The notes beneath the pieces are model-generated. The model ran no database searches. It saw nothing but the letters and a program-made list of their open reading frames with translations, and was not told the DNA's origin. Below, in pieces: positions 39,373-49,722 of a stretch of DNA of 64,000 nt. The stretch is from an uncultured virus (IMG/VR IMGVR_UViG_3300008113_000126). Lineage: Duplodnaviria; Heunggongvirae; Uroviricota; Caudoviricetes. The stretch is from the IMG/VR virus record IMGVR_UViG_3300008113_000126; one strand, given 5' to 3'. Every line of letters begins with the position of its first letter. Position 1 is the stretch's first letter. The position numbers and the translations under genes are program-made.

Positions 39373-40574
39373 TAATTATCTGCCCTTGGTTTTAATGCTT
39401 TACTGAGTGCTTGTTTTTGTTGAATAACTCTTCCGTCAATTGTTGCAGTATTATTATTATTAACAAATGTGCCTCGTTGTGTTAGCTTAACATCTTTGCC
39501 TTGATACGGTGCTCCTATTGCGGTATCTTCTGTACCGTGATTAGTGAGCGTCATTCTTACATTATCTTCGTACTTGACCCAACGCTTACCGTCATATCTA
39601 AATAATCGATTTGGAAAATAGTCAGTACGTAAATGAAATTGCCCTTTACTGGCACCAGCTGGAAAATTAAGACCAAAGGAATACGGTGCACCGTTTGCAG
39701 GAGTAATATCCTCAGTCATATAACCAACATAAAAATCCTTTGAAGGATTAGCTAATGTGGTAGTTACATTAAGTCCTAATTGATCAATAGTTACATCTGT
39801 TTCTGAAGCATCAAGATAATCAACTAGCCCGTTTTCATCTAACGGAATTGTAAATAGATTTTTAGTTTCATATCCACTTAATTTAACATCTTCTTCTGCT
39901 TGAGCAAGAATAGCACGATTAATTTCGATACTCTTATTGTAAGTTGACATTATGTCTCTTAATGTAGATCCATCGCCTGCTCCTGCATCTGCATCAAGAA
40001 TTTCTTTAAATTCTTGACTGTCAACTAATGGTTGACATTTTGCTCTTATCAAGTGAGGATACCATGTTTGACTAAAACCTGCGGCTGCTCTTGTTACATC
40101 AGTGATAACATAATAACGTTTTAAGGCAACGGCCGCATCATCTAGAGCATATTCGTCTTTTAAGTGTGGTAATTCTAATACATCACCGGCCATAAGTTTT
40201 CTACCTAAATTACCAACAGTAGAACTCAAATGGAACGTTACCATAATATTATCATTTTGCAAAAATAATCCAAACTGACTTAAATTAAAGTCAATATCTT
40301 GCATAGTGTAAATTCCACGCAATTGATATACATCTGGATCGTATCGCCTATCTCTGTTTTCTAAAAATATAAGATCTTGTATTCCTAATTCACCTATAGG
40401 ATTTGTATTAACAGGAACACCGGGAGTAGAGTTTCCAGCATCCGGATTAACGGGACCTAGATATTTGTGAACAAACACATCAGTACCGCCCACTTGAAAC
40501 TGTTCGTTTATTGTGCGGTCTAAAAATTTAAAATCATTGCCCTTTTCAGGACGGTACAGAGATAAACGTGGCAT
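39372..40574 (-). CDS. Neck protein gp14-like
   Basis: IQDLIFLENRDRRYD, LSQFGLF, GRKLMAGDVLELPH motifs; divergent from gp13. Confidence 0.7.
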   Translation of the reverse strand: MPRLSLYRPEKGNDFKFLDRTINEQFQVGGTDVFVHKYLGPVNPDAGNSTPGVPVNTNPIGELGIQDLIFLENRDRRYDPDVYQLRGIYTMQDIDFNLSQFGLFLQNDNIMVTFHLSSTVGNLGRKLMAGDVLELPHLKDEYALDDAAVALKRYYVITDVTRAAAGFSQTWYPHLIRAKCQPLVDSQEFKEILDADAGAGDGSTLRDIMSTYNKSIEINRAILAQAEEDVKLSGYETKNLFTIPLDENGLVDYLDASETDVTIDQLGLNVTTTLANPSKDFYVGYMTEDITPANGAPYSFGLNFPAGASKGQFHLRTDYFPNRLFRYDGKRWVKYEDNVRMTLTNHGTEDTAIGAPYQGKDVKLTQRGTFVNNNNTATIDGRVIQQKQALSKALKPRADN

Positions 40575-40582
40575 AGTGACAG

Positions 40583-40598
40583 TATTTATAGCTAAATA
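40583..40598. promoter_or_regulatory. Back-to-back late promoters for gp14 (-) and gp13 (+)
   Basis: TATAAATA on - at 40583-90; TAAATA on + at 40593-98. Confidence 0.7.
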
Positions 40599-40603
40599 TT
40601 CGT

Positions 40604-41362
40604 ATGAACGATTCTACAATTTCCCGACAACAAGTAATCGACTACGTTAAACCCTTGCTAGGTGAAGGGATGATCGATGTTGAGTTAGAACCCCAGCATT
40701 ATAATGTTGCAATTGACAGGGCTTTAGCAAAATTTCGTCAACGAAGTAGTAACGCCAGCGAAGAAAGTTATGCATTTTTAACTTTGCATACAGATATAAA
40801 CGAGTATATACTTACTTCTGAAGTAACGGAAGTAAGACAAATATTCCGCAGAAGCGTTGGAAGTAGAAGTGGTGGGGGCGATGGTGGAACAATGTTTGAA
40901 CCATTTAACCTAGCTTATACAAATGCTTATCTTTTAAGCTCTAGCAACATGGGCGGACTTGCTACATATTATGCTTTTGCTAGTTATCAAAAGCAGGTAG
41001 GTAAAATGTTTGGTAGTGAAATCAATTTTTCGTGGAATCCTACTTCCAAGAAGCTTACACTAATGCAACGACCACGCGGCGAAGAACAAATTTTATTATG
41101 GTTGTATAACCAACGTCCAGATTTTGTATTATTTCAAGACCCGTATGCTGGTATTTGGCTTAAAGATTATGCGTTAGCAACCTGTAAAATTATCTTGGGA
41201 GAAGCCCGAGAAAAATTTCAAACGATTGCTAGTCCTCAAGGTGGAACAACCCTAAACGGCACTGCCCTCAAAACTGAAGGTAAGGCAGAAATTGAGCAAC
41301 TTGAAATGGATCTTATCAACTACAAAGATGGTGGAAAACCATTGACTTTTGTCATAGGATAA
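40604..41362 (+). CDS. Neck protein gp13-like
   Basis: LG..MIDVEL, WLKDYALA..K..LGE.R.KF, GGTTLNG..L..EG..E motifs. Confidence 0.85.
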   Translation: MNDSTISRQQVIDYVKPLLGEGMIDVELEPQHYNVAIDRALAKFRQRSSNASEESYAFLTLHTDINEYILTSEVTEVRQIFRRSVGSRSGGGDGGTMFEPFNLAYTNAYLLSSSNMGGLATYYAFASYQKQVGKMFGSEINFSWNPTSKKLTLMQRPRGEEQILLWLYNQRPDFVLFQDPYAGIWLKDYALATCKIILGEAREKFQTIASPQGGTTLNGTALKTEGKAEIEQLEMDLINYKDGGKPLTFVIG

Positions 41363-41390
41363 TGTAAATTATAGTATCTCTGGAGATACT

Positions 41391-42047
41391 ATGATTATAG
41401 GCTTTGTTGGTTTTATTGGGTCGGGCAAAGATACTGCCGCAGACTACCTAGTTAACTTTCACGGATTTAGACGTGATTCATTTGCAAACACATTAAAAGA
41501 CGCGGTTGCGGCTGTATTTGGCTGGGACCGCGTTCTGCTGGAGGGTAGAACTGCGGAAGCCCGGGCGTGGCGAGAAGAAGTCGATATTTGGTGGGCAGAG
41601 CGATTAAAAATGCCCAAACTTACTCCTCGATGGGTATTACAATACTGGGGTACAGAAGTTTGCCGTCAAGGGTTTCACGACGATATCTGGATTGCTAGCG
41701 TAGAAAATAAGATGCGTAAAACTACCGATAATATTGTTATAAGCGATGTGCGATTTCCTAATGAAATCAAAGCAATTCATAATGCAGGCGGAAAAGTTAT
41801 ACGAGTAAAACGCGGCGAAGATCCTGAATGGTACGAGGCTGCTATTAGTGCTAATAAAGGTCCTGATGCAAATTCTACTTGGTCATTAAGTAAGGCTAAA
41901 TTAGCACAGCTTAAAATTCATGCTAGCGAAACAGCTTGGGTAGGCGGCGACATAGACGTAACAATTTCTAATGATAGTACAATTGATGAATTGTTTTTAT
42001 CGATCAGAAATCAGGTGATAGATCTCCCTGTCTCCATGGCAAATTGA
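41391..42047 (+). CDS. Deoxynucleoside monophosphate kinase (gp1-like)
   Basis: GFIGSGKDT P-loop, FA..LKD, PR.VLQ.WGTE, ISDVRFPNE, H.SE. Confidence 0.9.
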   Translation: MIIGFVGFIGSGKDTAADYLVNFHGFRRDSFANTLKDAVAAVFGWDRVLLEGRTAEARAWREEVDIWWAERLKMPKLTPRWVLQYWGTEVCRQGFHDDIWIASVENKMRKTTDNIVISDVRFPNEIKAIHNAGGKVIRVKRGEDPEWYEAAISANKGPDANSTWSLSKAKLAQLKIHASETAWVGGDIDVTISNDSTIDELFLSIRNQVIDLPVSMAN

Positions 42048-42339
42048 GATCGTGCAGTATGCGCTGGCAGTTAGCACATACTGTTTTTAGATTGGTAATT
42101 TTACAATTATCTAAATCACCGTCTACATGATAAACATTAAATTGTACCATATGTTTACTGCTATGTCCACACTTATCGCATTTATTCTTTAAACGATATC
42201 CTGCACGATACCATTTAGGTAATCCATCTTTAGCTCCACGGGCGCAGTGGTCACATTTACTTCTATAAAACGGTTTTTTTTCTTTGTAATAGTTTATGGC
42301 CACCGGTCTTTTGCCGCAGGTTTTACATAATTTTCTCAT
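42004..42339 (-). CDS. Zn-binding HNH-like protein
   Basis: CKTC, CDHC, CDKC, VYHVDGDLDN...NL..VCANC; start may alternatively be 42354. Confidence 0.7.
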   Translation of the reverse strand: MRKLCKTCGKRPVAINYYKEKKPFYRSKCDHCARGAKDGLPKWYRAGYRLKNKCDKCGHSSKHMVQFNVYHVDGDLDNCKITNLKTVCANCQRILHDLNLPWRQGDLSPDF

Positions 42340-42437
42340 CAGCGCCCTTTTCATGCCCTTTTCGTTGTATTTAAGTCGGTAAAATTTGAGGCCTTCCGCT
42401 AAATATAACAAATGATAATCCATTAAGGAGATACCAA

Positions 42438-45400
42438 ATGGCAATGAGTTCAGCAGGCGTACAAGTAAACGTCATTGATGAAAGTTTTTACACTTCGGCA
42501 GCACCGGGGACTACTCCCCTTATTATTGTTGCATCAAAAACAAATAAGACTAACAGTTCCGGTACTGGAATAGCACCGGGAACTTTGGCTTCAAATGCAG
42601 GCAAAGTTTATACCATTACAAGTCAGAGAGATCTTTCTGATACGTTTGGTACTCCATATTTTTACACTGATTCAAACAGTAATCCTATTCATGGCGGAGA
42701 ACTTAATGAATATGGTCTACAAGCGGCCTACAGTACGCTAGGTGTTACCTCTAGAGCCTACGTAGTAAGAGCTGATGTTAACTTATCCGAGTTGGTTCCA
42801 AAAACATCTGAACCAACAGGATTACCTGCCGCTGGAACTTATTGGATCGATACTACAAGTTCAAAATTTGGCATAAGCGAGTGGAACGCAACTACAAAGG
42901 TGTTTATTAATAAAACTCCTCGAGTAATTAACGATGTTACATTATCTTTATATGCTGATGCAAATAGAGTGCCGCTTGATAGTTTTGGAAATCAAGGCGA
43001 TTACGCTGTTGTAGTTACCAATGATAATCGTTATACAATGTATTTTAAAAACGTTGACAACGTTTGGGTTAGATTAGGTAGCAACATTCAAACTACATTC
43101 GGCAACCCAATTGTTGATTCAAGATTTGTAAGCAACTGCTGGCAAACTAGCTGGCCTATTGTAAAAGGTACTCCGACACAACCGTCTAGCGGAAGTAGAT
43201 TTGCTATTAACGATATAGAAATTACAATTACTGATCCAACAGTAGACGGAATTGCAAGAAGTATCAATGCCCTTACTCCTCAAGCAGGTGTAGGTGCAAA
43301 ATCAGACGGTACTAACTTGTATCTATATGCTGATGCATCAGCACAATCAGATCAAGCAGCCGGCCCAAATGGAAAAATTGCATTAGTTAATAGAGGCGGC
43401 TCTGCAACTCTTGCTAGTTTAGGCCTTGAAGTTGGCGTTTTTGGACCATTAAAATTAACACTTGCTCCGCATTATCAATTCCCACAATATGCATCTCAGG
43501 GTGTTGCTACAGGTAGTGTTTATGTTAAAACAACAAGTCCTAATAGCGGTGCTAATTGGGTTGTAAAATATTTTAACGGAACTGAATCTATTTGGGAAAC
43601 AGTAAATGCTCCGGTGTTTAAGAATTCTAGAGAAGCTATTAAATCACTTGATTCTTCCGGCGGTACAAACATTGCGGCAGGTAAGTTGTTTATTCAGAGC
43701 GATTACAACGAAGGTAACGGAACTGCGGCACAGGCAACTATTGCTAACTTTAAATTATATCGAAGAGTTACTTCGGCCCCTACAGTTGTAACAACAGTTA
43801 TACCTAATACTTCGGCATTTGCTATAGGTGCAACATTTATAATTTCTGAAACAGAACCGAACAGTACTACATTAGGCAATCCAAAAACTGTAGTAATTAC
43901 AACAAGTAGCGTTGCAGGGTTTGCAACTGCTGTAAGTGCAGTTGGTCTAAAATATGTTACTTCTACATACGATCCTGTATCAGGAGTATTAAGACTAGAA
44001 CACTCATTAGGCGGTGAAATTTTCATGAGTGACGGGATAGATGTTCCGTTATTCCAAGCAGGTTTTTATGATTCTGCAACCAATACCTATGCTTCAAATG
44101 TGTATCCTACAGGGTTGTATGATGGATTTGCATTAAAAGCAAGTAACTGGAAACCAGTTGAGTTACTAACTTCTGTAGTAAAATCATCTGCAACCGCTTT
44201 AACTACAGCTCCAGCAGATGGAACATTGTGGTATTCTGCTATTCAAGACGAAGTTGATATTCTTGTACATAATGGCACAACCTGGGCAGGATATCATTCA
44301 GTATACCCATTGACTAGTCCTAATGGACCTATTATTAAAGCAACAGCCCCAGGCAAAGATGACGGTCAAAGTGACGGTACTCCATTAGTAGACGGCGATT
44401 TATGGATCGATAGTAGCGACCCAGAAAAATATGGTCAAAATGTTTATGTATGGAGCGCAAGTTTAATCAAATGGGTTAAACAAGATCTTACAGACAATAC
44501 AAGTCCAACAGGATGGTTGTTTGCTGATGCTCGATGGGGTGCTAGCGGAACTGCTACAACGCCGGCAACTATCAAGGCATTATTAACAAGTTTATATCTT
44601 GATCCAGATGCTCCTGATCCTACAATATATCCACAGGGTATGCGCCTATGGAATACTCGTCGTAGCGGAAACAATGTAAAACAATACAAAGCAACCGCAA
44701 TTGATATCACTGCCGACAACGGTACTAATCAGCGTTTTAACGACGAAGTTATGGACGGATCTACTAATTCTCCTAAATATGCAACTGCTCGTTGGGTAAG
44801 TGCATCTGGCAATAATGAAGACGGATCTGGTAAATTTGGTCGACACTCACAACGTGGGTTTGTTGTCAAAAGTCTTAAATCTTTAATTGACACTAGTCTA
44901 TCAATTAGAGATACTGATACAATGGTAGTTAATTTACTAGCATGTCCTGGGTATCCAGAGGCAATTACTAATCTAGTAGGCCTAAACGTAGCTAGAGGAT
45001 TAACTGGATTTGTTATTGGTGACACACCGTTTAGATTACCTGCTACAGGTACTGCTCTACGTGAATGGGGCGCAAGCAATACAGCACTTGACAACGGAGA
45101 AACTGGATCTGTAACGTACGATGAATACATGGGAATGTTCTATCCAAGCGGATTTACCACAGACAACAGCGGTAACAGCATTGTTGTTCCGCCAAGTCAT
45201 ATGGTATTGCGTACTATGGCGTTGAGTGATCAAAAGAGCTACCCATGGTTTGCTCCAGCTGGTACACGCCGCGGTGGTGTTGATAACGCAACAGCAGTTG
45301 GTTACCTTAAAAACGGCGAATTCCAACAGGCTCCACTACCACAGAGCTTACGAGATGTTCTACAAGATGTTAAGATTAATCCAATTGCAACATTGCCTGG

Positions 45401-45776
45401 AGCAGGAATTGTATTGTTTGGTCAAAAGACAAGGGCTAGAAATTCAAGCTCTTTAGATAGAATTAACGTATCTCGTTTAGTTGCGTACCTACGTAGACAA
45501 CTTGACTTGTTAGCTCGTCCATTCTTGTTTGAGCCAAACGACAGAACTACACGTAACGAACTCAAGCAATCGGCAGAAAGTTTATTACTAGAACTTGTAG
45601 GACAAAGAGCACTTTACGACTTTATTGTTGTATGCGATGAATCTAACAATACTCCTGCAAGAGTTGATAGAAACGAACTATATCTTGACATTGCTATTGA
45701 ACCGGTAAAAGCAGTGGAATTCATTTACATTCCATTACGCTTGAAAAATACTGGTGATATTGCAGCCGGAAGATAA
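42438..45776 (+). CDS. Tail sheath protein gp18 with large internal insertion domains
   Basis: S.GVQV.VIDES, FG.P, PPSH, YPWFAPAG.RRG, INPI, FGQKT, LDRINV.RL, FEPND, PVKAVEFIYI. Confidence 0.93.
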   Translation: MAMSSAGVQVNVIDESFYTSAAPGTTPLIIVASKTNKTNSSGTGIAPGTLASNAGKVYTITSQRDLSDTFGTPYFYTDSNSNPIHGGELNEYGLQAAYSTLGVTSRAYVVRADVNLSELVPKTSEPTGLPAAGTYWIDTTSSKFGISEWNATTKVFINKTPRVINDVTLSLYADANRVPLDSFGNQGDYAVVVTNDNRYTMYFKNVDNVWVRLGSNIQTTFGNPIVDSRFVSNCWQTSWPIVKGTPTQPSSGSRFAINDIEITITDPTVDGIARSINALTPQAGVGAKSDGTNLYLYADASAQSDQAAGPNGKIALVNRGGSATLASLGLEVGVFGPLKLTLAPHYQFPQYASQGVATGSVYVKTTSPNSGANWVVKYFNGTESIWETVNAPVFKNSREAIKSLDSSGGTNIAAGKLFIQSDYNEGNGTAAQATIANFKLYRRVTSAPTVVTTVIPNTSAFAIGATFIISETEPNSTTLGNPKTVVITTSSVAGFATAVSAVGLKYVTSTYDPVSGVLRLEHSLGGEIFMSDGIDVPLFQAGFYDSATNTYASNVYPTGLYDGFALKASNWKPVELLTSVVKSSATALTTAPADGTLWYSAIQDEVDILVHNGTTWAGYHSVYPLTSPNGPIIKATAPGKDDGQSDGTPLVDGDLWIDSSDPEKYGQNVYVWSASLIKWVKQDLTDNTSPTGWLFADARWGASGTATTPATIKALLTSLYLDPDAPDPTIYPQGMRLWNTRRSGNNVKQYKATAIDITADNGTNQRFNDEVMDGSTNSPKYATARWVSASGNNEDGSGKFGRHSQRGFVVKSLKSLIDTSLSIRDTDTMVVNLLACPGYPEAITNLVGLNVARGLTGFVIGDTPFRLPATGTALREWGASNTALDNGETGSVTYDEYMGMFYPSGFTTDNSGNSIVVPPSHMVLRTMALSDQKSYPWFAPAGTRRGGVDNATAVGYLKNGEFQQAPLPQSLRDVLQDVKINPIATLPGAGIVLFGQKTRARNSSSLDRINVSRLVAYLRRQLDLLARPFLFEPNDRTTRNELKQSAESLLLELVGQRALYDFIVVCDESNNTPARVDRNELYLDIAIEPVKAVEFIYIPLRLKNTGDIAAGR

Positions 45777-45807
45777 TGGGTAAATACATAGAACAAGGAA
45801 CCCTACG

Positions 45808-46422
45808 ATGATCACTTTAAACAAATTTTCAGTTCCAATTCCGGGGCAAGGAAATCAGACGTTACTGATGCCAAAACTAAAATACCGCTTCAGGGTATCT
45901 TTAGAAGGTTTTGGCGCATCTGGCGGAAGCACTGAATTAACAAAGCAGGTAATGAACATTACTCGCCCAGGAGTACAATTCGACAATATCGAATTAAACA
46001 TTTACAACAGTAAACTTAACTATGCTGGTCGTTACACATGGGCAGATATTACCCTTGTTGTAAGGGATGATGTAAGCGGAGATACAAGTAGAATTGTTGG
46101 AGAACAAATTCAGAAACAATTTGACTTCTTCGAACAAAGTTCTGCGGCAGCAGGTATCGATTACAAGTTTACAACTAGAATTGAAATCCTAGACGGCGGT
46201 AACGGATCCAACGAACCAGGCATTTTAGAAACGTTTGAACTATACGGATGCTATCTACAAAATACAGTTTATTCTAACACAGATTATTCATCTAGTGATC
46301 CTGTAGATATTACTATGACAATTAAATATGATAACGCTATTCAAATGAAGGGCACTACACGCAGTGGTATTGGTTCTGAAATTGGAAGAGCAGTAGGCCA
46401 GGCAGCAACTGGTTTAGGTTAA
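45808..46422 (+). CDS. Tail tube protein gp19
   Basis: PKLKYRFRV, YAGR.TW..IT...RDD, ITMTIKYD; follows the sheath; TAAATA at 45781. Confidence 0.85.
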   Translation: MITLNKFSVPIPGQGNQTLLMPKLKYRFRVSLEGFGASGGSTELTKQVMNITRPGVQFDNIELNIYNSKLNYAGRYTWADITLVVRDDVSGDTSRIVGEQIQKQFDFFEQSSAAAGIDYKFTTRIEILDGGNGSNEPGILETFELYGCYLQNTVYSNTDYSSSDPVDITMTIKYDNAIQMKGTTRSGIGSEIGRAVGQAATGLG

Positions 46423-46437
46423 TCAACATAACCCAAT

Positions 46438-46466
46438 AAAAACGGACCGTAAGGTCCGTTTTTTTT
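46438..46466. terminator. Bidirectional rho-independent terminator
   Basis: AAAAACGGACC-GTAA-GGTCCGTTTTTTTT between convergent genes. Confidence 0.9.
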
Positions 46467-47400
46467 AATCTAAAATCTGCATCTGTGCATTATGGGTCTT
46501 GCCCTTACCATTAAGTATTTCATTAAGATAAAAAGTAAGTTGATGTAGCTCTTCCCTACTGTAATGAAAATACCTGCAAGGAAATCCAATGACATGCATC
46601 AGATAACTATCACTTGGTCTATGACTTAAACTTAAGAATGCTTGATTAGGATTTGCTATATTTTCTCTTACATGAGAAAACATAAAAGGCCCGCTATTTT
46701 TTCCAACTATAAGCTCTGCTTTAGTTGATAAAAATCCTATCTCGTTAAGGTCACCTCCTTCTACTTCTGCAAATATATCATCTGTAAAATATATATTAGA
46801 TGTATAAGGAAACCACTCGGTACTAAATTTTGTAGTACACACAAATGAAACATCGGGATGAATCTGTGCTAGATTTTTTATAATCTCTCCCATGGTGCCT
46901 AATTGACTTTGAGAACTTTGTGCTATTCCATTACAAAATAAAGCTATACGTCCTTTACCTTCAAGCCATGCCAATGCAGGCGCAATATTAAATTTTGACC
47001 AATCTGTGGTAGGTATAAGTGCAAATAAGTTAGTAGTATGTTCAATTGGCCTATCTAGATACCATGCTACTCTGTCGTAGATATACATCCACATTCTATT
47101 GAGCATTGGGTAGTTTGCGTGTTCCTCATTAGGAAACATAAAATCTTTATACCCTCCAACCCAGGTGTTAATGTAGATGGTATCCTCTGATGCAGAAACT
47201 CTATGAGAATCTGTTACAGGTATTTGATCAATAGGTAAGTGCGTGAACGGCATATCTCCCATAGTTTTAATCTTATTAACCTGTGAATGTGAGAATTCAA
47301 TATCAGGTAGTTGTCGAATTAAATCTTGCATATAACCTTTACCGGAGAACACATCTCCGTTATGCCACCTATTATAAAAACAAATTTTATTGATAGTCAT
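46465..47400 (-). CDS. Putative glycosyltransferase (GT-B, GT9-like)
   Basis: N-terminal HNGDV and C-terminal A.LIVGKNSGP resemble the GT9 GD and G.DSGP motifs; last gene of the sugar operon. Confidence 0.45.
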   Translation of the reverse strand: MTINKICFYNRWHNGDVFSGKGYMQDLIRQLPDIEFSHSQVNKIKTMGDMPFTHLPIDQIPVTDSHRVSASEDTIYINTWVGGYKDFMFPNEEHANYPMLNRMWMYIYDRVAWYLDRPIEHTTNLFALIPTTDWSKFNIAPALAWLEGKGRIALFCNGIAQSSQSQLGTMGEIIKNLAQIHPDVSFVCTTKFSTEWFPYTSNIYFTDDIFAEVEGGDLNEIGFLSTKAELIVGKNSGPFMFSHVRENIANPNQAFLSLSHRPSDSYLMHVIGFPCRYFHYSREELHQLTFYLNEILNGKGKTHNAQMQILD

Positions 47401-47774
47401 TAGTATATTTTTTCCTCAACAATGTGGCTATTAGTAAGTTCATTAATTTGTCTTTTCACCACTGCTCGTTTATCATTATAAATGTAAACAGACCTAGCAA
47501 GGTCGATAAACTCCTGATCAAATAATTTTGATTTTTCTTTAATACGTATGTCGTCTTCAATTTGCCAAATAATTTCATTAATACATTTTAGTTCTAATGA
47601 CAAATTTCTAATTATTATTGTATCTAAATTAAGCAACTCTGAAAGTTCGTCGAGCTCTTTAGTAATGTTTTGTATTTTACCTGTGTCTGACGTGTGATCT
47701 AATTTTATCGATAAGATTGTAATTTTATCAATTAACTCTCCTACACTTATTGGAGCCAAAATGCGACTAGACAT
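47400..47774 (-). CDS. Conserved hypothetical (DUF6165-like)
   Basis: PISVGELIDKITILSIK, W.IEDDIR, ARSVY..ND.RA..KR.IN, EEK.Y. Confidence 0.7.
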   Translation of the reverse strand: MSSRILAPISVGELIDKITILSIKLDHTSDTGKIQNITKELDELSELLNLDTIIIRNLSLELKCINEIIWQIEDDIRIKEKSKLFDQEFIDLARSVYIYNDKRAVVKRQINELTNSHIVEEKIY

Positions 47775-48940
47775 TAAATTTCTCCTAGTGTTTTAGCTAG
47801 CCATTCTAAATCTTTTTTGGTAACAAAGTGACTATTACCTATATAGACACCATTGTCGTTTAGTAGATCTACATTTGCATTTTTACGGGGAGTACCAAAC
47901 TTGTAACCTTTAAGGAAGGGTTGACGTAGCAGGTTGCCTCCTACAATAGGACGATGTTCAACGCCGTTGTCATCAAACACTTTTTTCATTTTTTTAGTAA
48001 GTTCTGGATTTTTACAAATGAACGGAAATGCAAAATTACTGTTATGTATATTATGATCAACAGGATAAAATTTGTCTTTATGATCGTCCATGATTTTAAC
48101 AAATTCTTTAAAATTCTGTCGACGCTGGTCAATCATATCGTCAAGGCGAGTAAGTTGACTTAATCCTAATACTGCATTAAAGTCGCTACTGCGAAAATTA
48201 TATCCATCTGTCATGAACAAGAACTGTGGATGTATTTCTGGATACTGGTCAGCATACTTTTTCAAGTTGCCTGACTCACGTGCTAGTCCATGACTACGTT
48301 TCATACGCATGAGTTCGTATAGTTCGCTGTCATTTACGTTAACCATACCACCTTCAATTGTAGTCATATGGTGGCCAAAATAAAAGCTAAAACTTGCCGC
48401 AACACTATTTGCGCCAACTTTATAACCGTTAATATCTAAACATCCGTGAGACTCGCAAACGTCATCTAGGATAACTGCATCAGGAAATATCTCTTGATAT
48501 AGATTATTATCTGCAGGAAACCCTAACAGATGTGTTACAAACACAATTTTAATATCTGGGTGTTTTTCTTTAATTTCTTTCATGTGTTCAATATCAAAAC
48601 TAAAATTTTGTAAATTGACATCACAAAAAATTGGTTTGAAGCCTAACTGAAACACTGGACTAATGTTAGTGACCCAGGTACATGCCGGAACAAGCACCTT
48701 ATCACCATCTTTAAATCCGTATTTTTCTTTAACGGCCGCCATGATTAAACTATTAGCAGTGCTACCCGAACTAACCATTAACGCATGTTTGCTTCCTACC
48801 CATTGAGCCCATTGGTCTTCAAATTCTCGAACACGTGGTCCGTTTGTGTAGCGATCACTAGTAAGTAAAAACTTTATCATCTCATATTTGTCACCCCAGG
48901 TAACAGCATTTTTCATTAAAGGCCAGCGTGATTGTTTCAT
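47774..48940 (-). CDS. DegT/DnrJ-family PLP/PMP enzyme, ColD-like GDP-4-keto-6-deoxymannose 3-dehydratase
   Basis: SSGSTAN, DDVCESHG, SFYFGHHMTTIEGG (His at the usual Schiff-base Lys position), RSHG, GYNFR, RPIVGGNLLRQP. Confidence 0.75.
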   Translation of the reverse strand: MKQSRWPLMKNAVTWGDKYEMIKFLLTSDRYTNGPRVREFEDQWAQWVGSKHALMVSSGSTANSLIMAAVKEKYGFKDGDKVLVPACTWVTNISPVFQLGFKPIFCDVNLQNFSFDIEHMKEIKEKHPDIKIVFVTHLLGFPADNNLYQEIFPDAVILDDVCESHGCLDINGYKVGANSVAASFSFYFGHHMTTIEGGMVNVNDSELYELMRMKRSHGLARESGNLKKYADQYPEIHPQFLFMTDGYNFRSSDFNAVLGLSQLTRLDDMIDQRRQNFKEFVKIMDDHKDKFYPVDHNIHNSNFAFPFICKNPELTKKMKKVFDDNGVEHRPIVGGNLLRQPFLKGYKFGTPRKNANVDLLNDNGVYIGNSHFVTKKDLEWLAKTLGEI

Positions 48941-49722
48941 AGTTTTCTTTCGATGTCTTCTTCAGAACATTCTTCTCCGTATTGTATTTCTATTAGTTGT
49001 AATGGTTGATCTGTTTCATTACACAGGTGATGCCACTCATTAAGTCCTATCCAAATAGGTTCGTGTTGATTAAACGTGCCTATTAATTCTAGATCTGTAG
49101 TAATTGAACTTAAGGTGTAAACAGTTGCAATTCCTTCTGCAACAAACCAGAACTCTTTTCTTTTTGCATGTCGTTGCATACTTAAACTCTTACCAGGCAT
49201 GACTGTAAGTTCTTTAAGTTTAAGTTGAGTTTCTGTTTCCATGCCGCGTTCGTATAACAGTCTAAAATGCCCCCAAGGTCTGTCAGTCTGCGGATGTTTC
49301 CATTCGCTTAAAATCCAGCGGCTACTATTTTGTTTCCAGTCTCCACCTACACCAAATTGAAAAGACAAATTTGGATCACTAGCAAACATTTCTTGTTCAG
49401 GAACGTTAGCAGTGTTTCTATCACCGCCATTTGCAAATACAATGTGTGCGTCTGGATACATTGCTCTCACTTGTGTTATACCGTCAGCTCCAGTACCATC
49501 TTCGTCATTAAGATGTAACACTTGATAAACACATTCTAAATTTTCAATAATAGCAGAACGTTCTGAAAACGGCATAAACGCTCTACCTTTTTTCCTCTTT
49601 AACCAATCGTCTGAGTTAAGACCCACAATTAAAATATCTCCTAACTGCGAAGCAGAATTAAGATAAGATAAATGTCCAGAATGGACTGGGTCAAACCCGC
49701 CGGTACATACAACTATTTTCAT
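48937..49722 (-). CDS. Cytidylyltransferase-like domain fused to mannose-6-phosphate isomerase type II cupin
   Basis: [27 protein letters not shown]; then RPWG, SLSMQRH..R.E.W, IEIQYG..C.EEDIER. Confidence 0.8.
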   Translation of the reverse strand: MKIVVCTGGFDPVHSGHLSYLNSASQLGDILIVGLNSDDWLKRKKGRAFMPFSERSAIIENLECVYQVLHLNDEDGTGADGITQVRAMYPDAHIVFANGGDRNTANVPEQEMFASDPNLSFQFGVGGDWKQNSSRWILSEWKHPQTDRPWGHFRLLYERGMETETQLKLKELTVMPGKSLSMQRHAKRKEFWFVAEGIATVYTLSSITTDLELIGTFNQHEPIWIGLNEWHHLCNETDQPLQLIEIQYGEECSEEDIERKL

